Positions 24,358-32,000 of a stretch of DNA of 32,000 bases are shown in pieces; the first letter of the stretch is position 1; the number at the start of each line of letters is the position of its first letter. The translations under genes and the position numbers were made by a program. The notes beneath the pieces are model-generated. The model searched no databases. It saw only the letters and a list, made by a program, of their open reading frames with translations, and was not told where the DNA came from. The DNA is from an uncultured Erysipelotrichaceae bacterium. Lineage in GTDB: Bacteria > Bacillota_I > Bacilli_A > Erysipelotrichales > Erysipelotrichaceae. The stretch spans positions 1,140,001 through 1,172,000 of the forward strand of contig OW818668.1 in NCBI GenBank assembly GCA_942493105.1, in the 5' to 3' direction.

Positions 24358-25434
24358 ATGAAGACATTTAAAATTGCAGTGATTTCAGGCGATGGGATTG
24401 GACAAGAAGTTACCTTAGAAGGCATCAAAGTACTAAGAAAAGTTGCTTTACTTAGTGGTCAATTTGAGATTGAAACCACCTTTTTCCCTTGGGGTTGTGA
24501 TTATTATCTTGAACATGGCATGATGATGGCGGAAGATGGTCTTGATCAACTCAGAAAATTTGATGCGATCTACTTAGGATCCATAGGAGCTCCTAGTGTT
24601 CCTGATCACATCTCATTAAAAGGTGTTCTTTTAAAGATACGTAAAGGCTTTGATCAGTATGTAAACCTGAGACCCATTGTTTTACTCGAAGGAGCACCTT
24701 CTCCATTAAAAAATGTTTCAAAAACCGACATCAATATGTTGTTTGTCCGTGAAAACAGTGAAGGGGAATATGCAGACTCTGGCAGTTGGTTGTATAAAGA
24801 TCAAGCCAAAGAAATGGTGATCCAAAACAGTGTCTTCTCTAGAGAAGGATGTGAGCGTGTCATGCGTTATGCCTATGCTCTAGCTCAATCAAAAAAGTTG
24901 ACGTTGACCAGCATCTCTAAAGCCAATGCATTAAATTATAGTATGGTTTTCTGGGATCAGATCTTTAAGGAAATTGGAAAAGAATATCCTGATGTTAAGA
25001 CTTATTCTTATTTAGTCGATGCGGCAAGTATGTTTATGATCAAGGATCCAAAACGTTTCCAAGTCGTGGTGGCTTCTAATCTGTTTGGAGATATCTTAAC
25101 GGATTTGGGAGCTGCGATTGCTGGTGGGATAGGTTTAGCTGCTGGGGCGAATTTAAACCCTGAAGGCAAGTATCCTCCGATGTTTGAACCCATTCATGGC
25201 TCTGCCAATGACATCGCTGGGAAAGGCATTGCGAATCCTTTGGCGGCCATTTGGTCGATTAGTCAAATGTTGGATTACTTTGGGTATGAGAAAGAAGGGG
25301 CACTTGTTTTATCTTCTATCGAAAAAGTTCTGAAGGATGCTAAGGTATTAACACCTGATATGGGTGGTCGTGCTTCTACGTCTCAAACCGCTGATGAAGT
25401 CATTCATCAAATTGAAGCGCTTTATCATCACTAA
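24358..25434 (+). CDS. isocitrate/isopropylmalate dehydrogenase family enzyme, tartrate dehydrogenase/D-malate dehydrogenase (TtuC/DmlA)-like
   Basis: 358 aa with SD AGGAGG. The blocks are KIAVISGDGIGQEV, LFVRENSEGEY, NLFGDILTDLGAAIAGGIGLAAGANLNP and HGSANDIAGKGIANP. Length and N-terminus fit the TDH/DmlA subgroup better than LeuB, but I cannot settle this by eye. Confidence 0.75.
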   Translation: MKTFKIAVISGDGIGQEVTLEGIKVLRKVALLSGQFEIETTFFPWGCDYYLEHGMMMAEDGLDQLRKFDAIYLGSIGAPSVPDHISLKGVLLKIRKGFDQYVNLRPIVLLEGAPSPLKNVSKTDINMLFVRENSEGEYADSGSWLYKDQAKEMVIQNSVFSREGCERVMRYAYALAQSKKLTLTSISKANALNYSMVFWDQIFKEIGKEYPDVKTYSYLVDAASMFMIKDPKRFQVVVASNLFGDILTDLGAAIAGGIGLAAGANLNPEGKYPPMFEPIHGSANDIAGKGIANPLAAIWSISQMLDYFGYEKEGALVLSSIEKVLKDAKVLTPDMGGRASTSQTADEVIHQIEALYHH

Positions 25435-25450
25435 AAGGAAACGATATTAA

Positions 25451-25480
25451 ACTGGCTTCATAAAGAAGTCGGTTTTATTT
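25451..25480 (+). terminator. rho-independent terminator
   Basis: ACTGGCTTC-ataaa-GAAGTCGGT (two G:U pairs) followed by TTTTATTT. Confidence 0.6.
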
Positions 25481-25636
25481 AGATTGGATAAATATCTGTT
25501 GTCTATGTTTAGATATGTAAAGATTTGGTTAAGGATCATAGTAAATGAAAGATATTAAGTTCATTTCATCTTTTTCATTATAGAATAGTGGTTGGATGTT
25601 TTTAGTTGATGGATCTATGGCACAGAAGGGGAACAT

Positions 25637-26329
25637 ATGTTAAAGGCAATTATTTTAGATATGGATGGCACGATGATGGATACTGAAAGAGCAGCAGCAC
25701 TAGAATGGCCCCAGGTCGGTAAAGTGTTTGGTTTTGAAGTCACCTCATCGTTTATAAACTATTTTATGGGTTTGACAGGTAAACAAAAAAAAGAAAGAAT
25801 TCAAGAAATGTTACCTGATCGAAGCGATACTGAGGAAATCATTGCTTACTTATACCAAAGTGTCAAAGCACGCATTAAAAACGAAGGTGTGGCTGCTAAA
25901 CCAGGATTAACTGAATTGATTCATTATTGTAAATCACGAAATTTGATTTTAGCCGTTGCTTCTTCTTCTCCTGTTCATCGTATTGAGGAGTTATTGGGTA
26001 ATCATGGACTTCTTCAGTATTTTGATTTGATCATTGGTGGAGATTTGGTGACACGTCATAAGCCAGACAAAGAAATCTATGATTTAGCCGCAGCACGACT
26101 AAATCTTACTCATACTGAAGTGATGGTGATCGAAGACAGTCGGGTAGGCTTAGCTGCAGCTTATGCCGCAGATATGAAAGTTATCCTAGTTCCAGATGTG
26201 GAAGCTCCTGATGAAGTGATGTTGAGTCAATGTGAGGCTTGTGTGTCATCGCTTAAGGAAGCCATACCAGTGATCGAAGGACAGCTTAGTCGAGATCGAT
26301 TGTGGTCAGTCAATGAGGATGCATCTTAA
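25637..26329 (+). CDS. HAD-IA family hydrolase/phosphatase (beta-phosphoglucomutase-like)
   Basis: Motif I is ILDMDGTMMDTE. Motif II is AVASSS. Motif III is the K in RHKPDKEIY. Motif IV is IEDSRVGLAAA. Confidence 0.85.
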   Translation: MLKAIILDMDGTMMDTERAAALEWPQVGKVFGFEVTSSFINYFMGLTGKQKKERIQEMLPDRSDTEEIIAYLYQSVKARIKNEGVAAKPGLTELIHYCKSRNLILAVASSSPVHRIEELLGNHGLLQYFDLIIGGDLVTRHKPDKEIYDLAAARLNLTHTEVMVIEDSRVGLAAAYAADMKVILVPDVEAPDEVMLSQCEACVSSLKEAIPVIEGQLSRDRLWSVNEDAS

Positions 26330-26349
26330 ATCCTATAAAAAGGAGAGCT

Positions 26350-26613
26350 ATGGAAAAGATTGAACAATTTGATCAAGTCATCAACTTGATCAAAAGAGAA
26401 GAAATACTTTTCACTCTAAAACCAGAACGAGTCTACTTCGCTCAAAAAGAACACATGATACAAGCTAAGAGTGAACAGGCTCAATATCTGATCTCATGGG
26501 AAACCTTTATCGAGTTATTTAAATCATCCGATTTTTATCTCTATGAGAAGAAAGAAGAAGTGTTCGTTGATAAAGCTAAAGATGACGAATATTATGCCTG
26601 GAAACACAAATAG
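26350..26613 (+). CDS. hypothetical small protein (87 aa)
   Basis: SD AAGGAG sits at good spacing. I recognise no motifs. Confidence 0.6.
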   Translation: MEKIEQFDQVINLIKREEILFTLKPERVYFAQKEHMIQAKSEQAQYLISWETFIELFKSSDFYLYEKKEEVFVDKAKDDEYYAWKHK

Positions 26614-26625
26614 AACTATAGCCAA

Positions 26626-27039
26626 ATGAAAATTAAAGCGAAAAAAGATAATTGGATCAACATTGGGTTTTTATTTATGATTGCAGTTCTGATTTCTAGT
26701 GTGATGATCGTTGAGCGAAATGAAAGGTTGATTTTAGCCATTTTGGTTATCCCATGTATTGGTTTGTTGCTTTGGATTTATTTTGGGACCTATTATGAGC
26801 TAAGAGATGAAGTGCTGTTTTGTAAGAGTGGTCCATTCTATGAAAAAATCCGTTATGATTCAATCAAATCGATCAAGTTGTGTGAAAACTTTATGTCATC
26901 CATGGCACTTTCAAGACAACGCATAGAAATTAAACAACACAAGAAAAATTATGTATTAGGTACGACCTATATTTCCCCTGTTGATCGCGAGAATTTCATG
27001 ATCGAATTAAAATATCGTTGTCATCATTGTGATGTATGA
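26626..27039 (+). CDS. membrane-anchored bacterial PH-domain protein (bPH_4/DUF1200-like)
   Basis: Two N-terminal TM helices are followed by YYELRDEVLFCKSGPFYEKIRYDSIKSIK..SSMALSRQRIEIK..ISPVDRENF, a pattern I associate with DUF1200 PH-like domains. No clear SD is present. Confidence 0.55.
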   Translation: MKIKAKKDNWINIGFLFMIAVLISSVMIVERNERLILAILVIPCIGLLLWIYFGTYYELRDEVLFCKSGPFYEKIRYDSIKSIKLCENFMSSMALSRQRIEIKQHKKNYVLGTTYISPVDRENFMIELKYRCHHCDV

Positions 27040-27042
27040 TTA

Positions 27043-27073
27043 AAAATACCAAACTTATGTTTGGTATTTCTTT
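27043..27073. terminator. bidirectional rho-independent terminator between convergent genes
   Basis: AAATACCAAAC-ttat-GTTTGGTATTT, with A/T runs on both sides. Confidence 0.8.
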
Positions 27074-27075
27074 AG

Positions 27076-28551
27076 TCAATCAAATATGGTGAGATTTTCA
27101 AGTCCGAAGTCAGAGAATTTTGGACTAAATCCAAGGTATTGGTCGCTACCAATGGATGCAGAGTAAGCTTTAGAATTGATATAAAATCCTGTAGTATTCA
27201 CTCTGATCCTTAGGTTGTCATAAAGTTCCTCTACAGAGACATCACTTGGTATATAGCCAACATCGATTTCTTCTTGGATTTGTGCTTTAAGAGCACTTTC
27301 ATAATCAAAACCAGGTTTAAAATAATCTTTGATTCCGATTTCTTTTAAGTTTTTATCGTAACACTTGAATTCATCTTTATATTCAAATTTATCTTGAGAT
27401 GAAACTTCGAAATTTGAAGTGAGACAATAGGTTGAACCGGATTCATTCGCATATACTCCTGCATTTAGATAATCTATGTCATATTGATCTCCATAAACCA
27501 TCAAATCATGGATGATCAGGTCTCTCATTGAAGATAATTTTGTGACAAGGATTGGATTTAAATCTTTTGGATAAGACATTAGAATTCGATAATCTTTATT
27601 CTTTATGGATATGATTTCAAAATCTTGAATTCTTTTTGGATTATTCAGCAATAAAAACTGACGATCGATGATGGGTTGATTAAAGATTTCGTTAGGAGAG
27701 GTGAAACGAGCTGTGATCCCAATATGATCTATGAAATCAAAGTATGGAACAGTAATGGACACAGTCGTAAGACCGGTATCAAATTCTGGGGTCCGATAAT
27801 CAAAGAGTAAATGTAAGCCTTGGTCACTGATGAAGAAAGGCTGTGTGGCTTTGATGCCTTTAAAAGGCACGACTTGGGTCATTTCTCCATAAAACAACTC
27901 AAATCCACTATGGACAGGTTCATCAGTACTGTTAATGTCCATTAATGAAGTGTGAAGTGAATTGTTGATGAGTTTTTGTAGATCAGCATCATTGGTAAAG
28001 ACATCAGCCAGGTTGAGTTGTTCACCATGAATCAACTCAAAGGTCATCCCATCCATCACATTGACATAGACAAAAGTTTCATCAGGATTCTTGATTGCAA
28101 TATAAGCATTCATACTTAAGCCTAAAACATAATTCGCATTATAGGAAACGCTCACATAAACATTCATGGCTTCAATTTTAGCATTTGTTTTGATTCTTTG
28201 ACGTATTCCTCGAAACGCAGGAAGAGACTCAATATCCTGATAAGCCATCATTTCATTGAATCTTTTTAATATCGCAGCGTTGATTTTAGATTCAACGGCT
28301 TCATCTTTTAAACCATCGATCACGACTCTGTTTGTATACATGGTTTCTGATTCATAGTCGTTGACATACTCGATCTCAATCGGATTATTCCAAACATAAG
28401 GAATCGCAACAGGGGAGTTGACCACTGATCCAATGGGTTTCGCAAACTCTATGACTTCTTCTTCAGGATCTTCTTTGGGTTCTTCTTTATTAATTGTGCA
28501 TGAACTTAATAAAAGACAAGTGAACAGTAAAAGTTTACTTAACTTTGACAT
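27076..28551 (-). CDS. large lipoprotein of unknown function (possibly DUF4163/DUF3298-like)
   Basis: The lipobox is LLLSSC|TINKE. Segments such as VIDGLKDEAVESKINAAILKRFNEMM and FFISDQGLHLLFDYRTPEFDTGLTTVSITVPY recall DUF4163/DUF3298 domains, but that domain call is weak. The start overlaps the upstream gene by 17 nt. Confidence 0.75.
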   Translation of the reverse strand: MSKLSKLLLFTCLLLSSCTINKEEPKEDPEEEVIEFAKPIGSVVNSPVAIPYVWNNPIEIEYVNDYESETMYTNRVVIDGLKDEAVESKINAAILKRFNEMMAYQDIESLPAFRGIRQRIKTNAKIEAMNVYVSVSYNANYVLGLSMNAYIAIKNPDETFVYVNVMDGMTFELIHGEQLNLADVFTNDADLQKLINNSLHTSLMDINSTDEPVHSGFELFYGEMTQVVPFKGIKATQPFFISDQGLHLLFDYRTPEFDTGLTTVSITVPYFDFIDHIGITARFTSPNEIFNQPIIDRQFLLLNNPKRIQDFEIISIKNKDYRILMSYPKDLNPILVTKLSSMRDLIIHDLMVYGDQYDIDYLNAGVYANESGSTYCLTSNFEVSSQDKFEYKDEFKCYDKNLKEIGIKDYFKPGFDYESALKAQIQEEIDVGYIPSDVSVEELYDNLRIRVNTTGFYINSKAYSASIGSDQYLGFSPKFSDFGLENLTIFD

Positions 28552-29407
28552 ATCCGTTATCCTCCATCAGTTGCTCACCATCTTTGCTTAAGATCCACGA
28601 TACGATCTTTCTAACATCACTGTTGAGAGGCTCATCTTTTCTAAAGACTGCATAATAGGCTGTATGAATGGGATAGGTGCCATTAGCGATGCTTGTTTTA
28701 TCAGGATAGACATTATTGACCTTCAACAATTTGACTTGATCATTGCCCCACATATCGGTCACAAAGTAATAGTATGAGTAACCTAACGCATCCGATTTAT
28801 TTTCGTAGGTCGCAACAGCTTCAATCAGCTCACCCATACCCGCATAGACCCATTGACTTGGCGGGGTCATCGGAATTATATCCTTCATGACTAAATCCAA
28901 GAAACCAGTTTGACTGCCTGAATTAACAGGTCTTTGAAAAGCAATGATCTGTGAATCAGAGCCACCGACTTCATTCCATTTGGTGATCTTACCGCTATAA
29001 ATATTGATGATCTGTGCTAGTGTCAAAGAATCCACAGGATTATTTTTATGGGTCAAAAAAACAAAAGCTTCACTGACGATCGGAATGATTTCATAAGTTA
29101 TTCCAGCTGCAGCAGCCAACGCAAGTTCCTCTGCAGAAGGACTGGTCACAAAAATAAGATCTGCTTTCTTTTCAATGAGATTGACATAGGCTTGGTGAGT
29201 TTTATTATGGACAACATAGGGTCTAACTTCCTCTATCGTTTTACGTGTCAAAGCCGCAACCAAGGCTTCATCCATGGGGATGGTAACGGTTGATCCATCC
29301 ATGACAGGTAGTTTTTCTAAGGTAAACAAAGGAGGTTCAATTTTCTTGGCTGAACAACTCATCATTAAAATTGAAATGATCAAACTGAACAAGAGTGCTT
29401 TTTTCAT
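28535..29407 (-). CDS. lipoprotein, PstS/PBP-like-2 type periplasmic-binding-fold protein
   Basis: The preferred start is ATG 29407 (MKKALLFSLIISILMMSC|SAKK, a lipobox), with SD GAGGAA upstream. The track start at 29464 would add 19 non-signal residues. The blocks DGSTVTIPMDEALV and FQRPVNSGSQTGFLDLV resemble phosphate-binding-protein-like domains. Confidence 0.6.
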   Translation of the reverse strand: MKKALLFSLIISILMMSCSAKKIEPPLFTLEKLPVMDGSTVTIPMDEALVAALTRKTIEEVRPYVVHNKTHQAYVNLIEKKADLIFVTSPSAEELALAAAAGITYEIIPIVSEAFVFLTHKNNPVDSLTLAQIINIYSGKITKWNEVGGSDSQIIAFQRPVNSGSQTGFLDLVMKDIIPMTPPSQWVYAGMGELIEAVATYENKSDALGYSYYYFVTDMWGNDQVKLLKVNNVYPDKTSIANGTYPIHTAYYAVFRKDEPLNSDVRKIVSWILSKDGEQLMEDNGYVKVK

Positions 29408-29445
29408 AGGTTCCTCACGCAGTTCTGTTGCCCATATTATATGCC

Positions 29446-29474
29446 TGTTTGAAAAGACCCACAACCTAGAAAAA
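29446..29474 (-). promoter_or_regulatory. candidate sigmaA promoter of the two-lipoprotein operon
   Basis: The minus strand reads -35 TTGTGG (29474-29469), a 17-nt spacer, then -10 TATAAT (29451-29446). Confidence 0.45.
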
Positions 29475-29515
29475 ACTTAATCTTGCCACAAATAAAGCAT
29501 GGCTTTTAAGTATTT

Positions 29516-29974
29516 TTATTTTCTTAGGATATCTTTTTTATGTATTCTTTTTAATCGATTTAAGTCAATATTGTGGTGTAAATCTGCTAACTTAACAACT
29601 CTAGCTAATTTGTTGTGTTTTAATCTTTCATAATAGACCTGATCATCTTCACCTTTGACTTTTGATAGAAGTAAAACTGCATCACAGACAGCTTTAGGAA
29701 GCTTATGGGACAATAATAAATCTTCATAGGTTATTGATGTATCTTCGATCACATCATGTAGCAAAGCCACGCATTGAGCCAATATAAGCTCTTCTTCATC
29801 TAAAGTCAGGGCAATTCTTTTCATGACCCCATAGTTATGATTTTCAACAAAAGATTGAACTTTTAATGGGTGTAAAATATAAGGTTCTTTGCCTTTATCA
29901 ACTTGAATACTATGGGCTTGATCTGCAATGAGAAAACATGTTTTGATCAAATCTTGAGCTTCGTTTGGTTTCAT
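29516..29974 (-). CDS. small HD-domain (p)ppGpp hydrolase-like protein (small alarmone hydrolase, RelA/SpoT hydrolase-domain only)
   Basis: 152 aa with SD AAGGAG. The blocks are QVDKGKEPYILHPLKV, VALLHDVIEDT (the HD..ED signature) and VKLADLHHN. They are colinear with the Rel/SpoT hydrolase domain. No synthetase domain is present. Confidence 0.75.
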   Translation of the reverse strand: MKPNEAQDLIKTCFLIADQAHSIQVDKGKEPYILHPLKVQSFVENHNYGVMKRIALTLDEEELILAQCVALLHDVIEDTSITYEDLLLSHKLPKAVCDAVLLLSKVKGEDDQVYYERLKHNKLARVVKLADLHHNIDLNRLKRIHKKDILRK

Positions 29975-30043
29975 AGAATCTCCTTACAGATTCAGTATAA
30001 ATCGTTTTAATAAGAAATAGGATCATTGTCCAATCTTATGGTC

Positions 30044-30068
30044 ACAAAAAAACCTGATGAATCAGGTT
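30044..30068 (-). terminator. rho-independent terminator after the prepilin peptidase gene
   Basis: The minus strand reads AACCTGA-ttca-TCAGGTT followed by TTTTTTT. Confidence 0.8.
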
Positions 30069-30070
30069 GA

Positions 30071-30823
30071 TCAAATAAAGAAACCAAGATACCAATCTAA
30101 GATCGGCTGAGCTGCTAAGAATGCGATAAAGATGCCTAAGGCAAGATGAGGTCCAAAAGGCATCATTGTTTTTTTATCTTTGCCTTTTTTAAGTAAGAAG
30201 ATTGCTTGAATGCCTCCCAAGATAACACCCAGAAAGAAAGCCACAATGACGTTTGGGAAACCCAGAAGCAAGCCAGCAGCCCCCATCAATTTAACATCTG
30301 CCCCACCAAATCCACCTGTCAAAACAGCCAGAATATACATAGGGATACTGATGACAAACATACCCAACAAAGTAAACATAAGATTGGTGGGATGAATCAA
30401 ATAGGCAAGGAGCGCTAATATCACGATAAAGATACTGAATCCATCATCAAATTCCATGGTATCCAAATCAATCATGGCTAATACGACTAGATCAGCAGCC
30501 AAAGCCATCCCGATCAAACTCATCCAAGTATTTTCAAATCTAAGATAACTTAAGGCAAACAAGATGCCTGTCAACAATTCGATGAGAGGATAACGCCAGG
30601 AAATCTTTTCACCACAATAACGACATTTTCCTTTAAGGAAAAGAAATGAAAAGACAGGAAACAGATCAAGTGCCGATAATCCATGATGACAATGCGGACA
30701 AAAAGAACGTCCTTTAACGAAATCCAGTTTTAAAGGAATACGATAAATCAATACATTCAGAAATGAACCAATGATGGTTCCAAAGACAAAAATAAAAAGT
30801 GCAATGAGGTTTGTTAAGTTCAT
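30071..30823 (-). CDS. prepilin peptidase (peptidase A24, PilD/ComC-type)
   Basis: 250 aa and polytopic. The N-terminal Zn motif is CPHCHH...CRYCGEKI. The active-site Asp regions are AMIDLDTMEFDD and GGFGGADVKLMGAAG. It lies 20 nt downstream of glmS. Confidence 0.9.
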   Translation of the reverse strand: MNLTNLIALFIFVFGTIIGSFLNVLIYRIPLKLDFVKGRSFCPHCHHGLSALDLFPVFSFLFLKGKCRYCGEKISWRYPLIELLTGILFALSYLRFENTWMSLIGMALAADLVVLAMIDLDTMEFDDGFSIFIVILALLAYLIHPTNLMFTLLGMFVISIPMYILAVLTGGFGGADVKLMGAAGLLLGFPNVIVAFFLGVILGGIQAIFLLKKGKDKKTMMPFGPHLALGIFIAFLAAQPILDWYLGFFI

Positions 30824-30843
30824 GCACTTATTATATCAAAGGC

Positions 30844-32000
30844 TTATTCTACTGTGACAGATTTGGCTAAATTTCTTGGTTTATCAACATCCAATCCTTT
30901 TAAAACAGAAGCATAGTAGGCAAAGAGCTGAAGTGGAATAATAGAGACCAAGGGAATCAAGGCAGGCTGTACCTTTTGGATCACAAAGATATGATCAGCC
31001 ACATCGGTTTCAAACATCGGATCATCTAAGGCAAACAAGTAAACTTGAGCTCCACGAGCCTTAACTTCTTTAATATTGGAAATGATTTTTTCGAAGAGTT
31101 TTTCTTGAGTCGCAATGGCGACAACAGGAACGTTATCCGTAATCAAGGATATGGTGCCGTGTTTCAATTCACCGGCAGGATACGCTTCTGAATGAATGTA
31201 TGAGATTTCTTTCAGTTTCAGCGAAGCTTCTAAAGCTAAGGCATAATCTAAACTTCTTCCTATAAAAAACAAAGAAGGTTTGGATACGATCAAGGATGCT
31301 AGTTGTTTAATGTGTTCTTGTTCATTCAAAATCCCAGATACCAAATCAGGGATCTTATGCAGATCTGAGATGAATTGTGATAGTTCCTCAGTAGAACACA
31401 ATCCATGGATGACCTGAAGTTTTTTAGCCAACAAGGTCAATAATGCAGATTGAACAAAGTAAGCTTTTGTTGAAGCCACAGCGATTTCTAAACCGGCCCA
31501 AGTATACAAGACCACATCTGCTTCACGAGCAATACTTGATCCTACCACATTGACAATGGCGATGACTTTAAGTCCATTGGATTTGGCTAAACGTAAAGCA
31601 GCCAAGGTATCTGCTGTTTCTCCGGATTGTGAGATCACCATGACGACTTCCGTTGGCTTTAATATAGGAGATCCATATCTGAATTCGCTGGCAATATGTA
31701 CATCACACGGAATCCTAGCATTAAGTTCAATCAAGTGCTTGCCAATCATGACAGCATGCATGGCTGTTCCACAGGCAACCAAATGAAATTTTGTGATGGA
31801 TTTTAAGAAATCATCGTTTAAACCTTCTTCACTAAAATCAATCTGTTGGTTCTTTATTCTGGGATTGATGGCATTCATCAACACTTTAGGCTGATCATGA
31901 ATTTCTTTCAGCATGAAATGCGGATAACCTTCTTTTTCGGCCGACTGTCGATCCCATGAAGCCGTTTGTAGTTCTTTATGGACGACTTCAAGATCATTGT
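30844..32000 (-). CDS. glmS: glutamine--fructose-6-phosphate aminotransferase (isomerising), C-terminal isomerase part; 5' end lies beyond the right edge
   Basis: The frame stays open to position 32000 (..WDRQSAEKEGYPHFMLKEIHDQP..), so the ATG at 31914 is internal. There are two SIS domains (VISQSGETADTLAALRLAK). The canonical GlmS C-terminus PRNLAKSVTVE is present. Confidence 0.95.
   Translation of the reverse strand, partial: NDLEVVHKELQTASWDRQSAEKEGYPHFMLKEIHDQPKVLMNAINPRIKNQQIDFSEEGLNDDFLKSITKFHLVACGTAMHAVMIGKHLIELNARIPCDVHIASEFRYGSPILKPTEVVMVISQSGETADTLAALRLAKSNGLKVIAIVNVVGSSIAREADVVLYTWAGLEIAVASTKAYFVQSALLTLLAKKLQVIHGLCSTEELSQFISDLHKIPDLVSGILNEQEHIKQLASLIVSKPSLFFIGRSLDYALALEASLKLKEISYIHSEAYPAGELKHGTISLITDNVPVVAIATQEKLFEKIISNIKEVKARGAQVYLFALDDPMFETDVADHIFVIQKVQPALIPLVSIIPLQLFAYYASVLKGLDVDKPRNLAKSVTVE

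Noticed and set aside
25545-25583. A 12-codon mini-ORF (MKDIKFISSFSL) with an AAGGA upstream, in the leader of the HAD gene. It could be a leader peptide.
   Set aside because: There is no associated terminator/antiterminator structure and no run of regulatory codons. The ORF overlaps a likely -10 (TATAGAAT). It is most likely fortuitous.
28535-29464. Longer N-terminal extensions proposed by the ORF track: 29464 for the PstS-like gene, 19098 (TTG) for cstA, 2439 (TTG) for the B12 protein, and 6304 for the Zn-ribbon protein.
   Set aside because: In each case an internal ATG has a well-spaced SD. For the lipoprotein and the transporter, that ATG also yields a proper signal peptide or first TM helix. 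The extensions have no SD.
1-32000. Search for CRISPR arrays, IS elements or transposases, integrases, phage genes, rRNA, long tandem repeats, and tRNA-flanking direct repeats that would mark an island next to tRNA-Glu.
   Set aside because: I saw no regularly spaced repeats and no transposase, integrase or recombinase-like ORFs. By eye I found no copy of the tRNA 3' end downstream. An exact-repeat search by computer would be needed to exclude short att-like repeats.
30844-32000. glmS ribozyme.
   Set aside because: The ribozyme would lie in the 5' UTR of glmS, which is beyond the right edge of the window. Nothing in the window can be assessed.

Overview
This is a 32-kb chromosomal window from a low-GC, Gram-positive-type genome (Bacillota or Mycoplasmatota-like). 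TGA acts as a stop codon and most genes have AGGAG-type Shine-Dalgarno sites. Many hairpin plus T-run terminators and several lipobox lipoproteins are present. GC looks mid to upper 30s % by eye; I did not compute it. I can support about 31 protein genes and one tRNA. I saw no rRNA, CRISPR array, IS element, integrase or phage genes.

Gene order, left to right:
- ggt 3' part, MFS exporter (-)
- A stand-alone CarH-type B12-binding protein translationally coupled to a PAS-like/GGDEF protein
- A HEAT-repeat protein and a Zn-ribbon protein, both of unknown function
- A small XRE repressor and a membrane protein; YdeI/DUF1801-like; ChbG/YdjC
- A CrtI-like flavoprotein, NTF2/SnoaL-like protein, SDR and lipoprotein operon
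- A SIS-domain protein (-) divergent from a fused PTS mannose-family IIC-IID
- LytS/LytTR two-component system, then a CstA-family transporter, a LUD-domain protein and an FMN 2-hydroxyacid oxidase
- Nif3-like, MBL-fold hydrolase, tRNA-Glu(CUC), tartrate/isopropylmalate-dehydrogenase family, HAD phosphatase, two small proteins
- On the minus strand: two lipoproteins, a small (p)ppGpp hydrolase-like HD protein, a prepilin peptidase and the 3' two-thirds of glmS

The best candidate for an undescribed system is the B12 photoreceptor-like module (Wx9EH plus ExHxxG-x41-SxT-x26-GG). It lacks a DNA-binding domain and overlaps (ATGA) a diguanylate cyclase with an AGDEF site. This suggests light- or cobalamin-gated c-di-GMP signalling through a two-protein complex.

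Secondary leads:
- The BtsSR-like LytS/LytTR-CstA-LUD-oxidase locus, with candidate LytTR boxes
- An orphan fused IIC-IID PTS permease
- A lipid or polyene-type redox trio
- A tRNA-Glu(CUC) with C33

All functional calls rest on motif recognition by eye. No database search was run.
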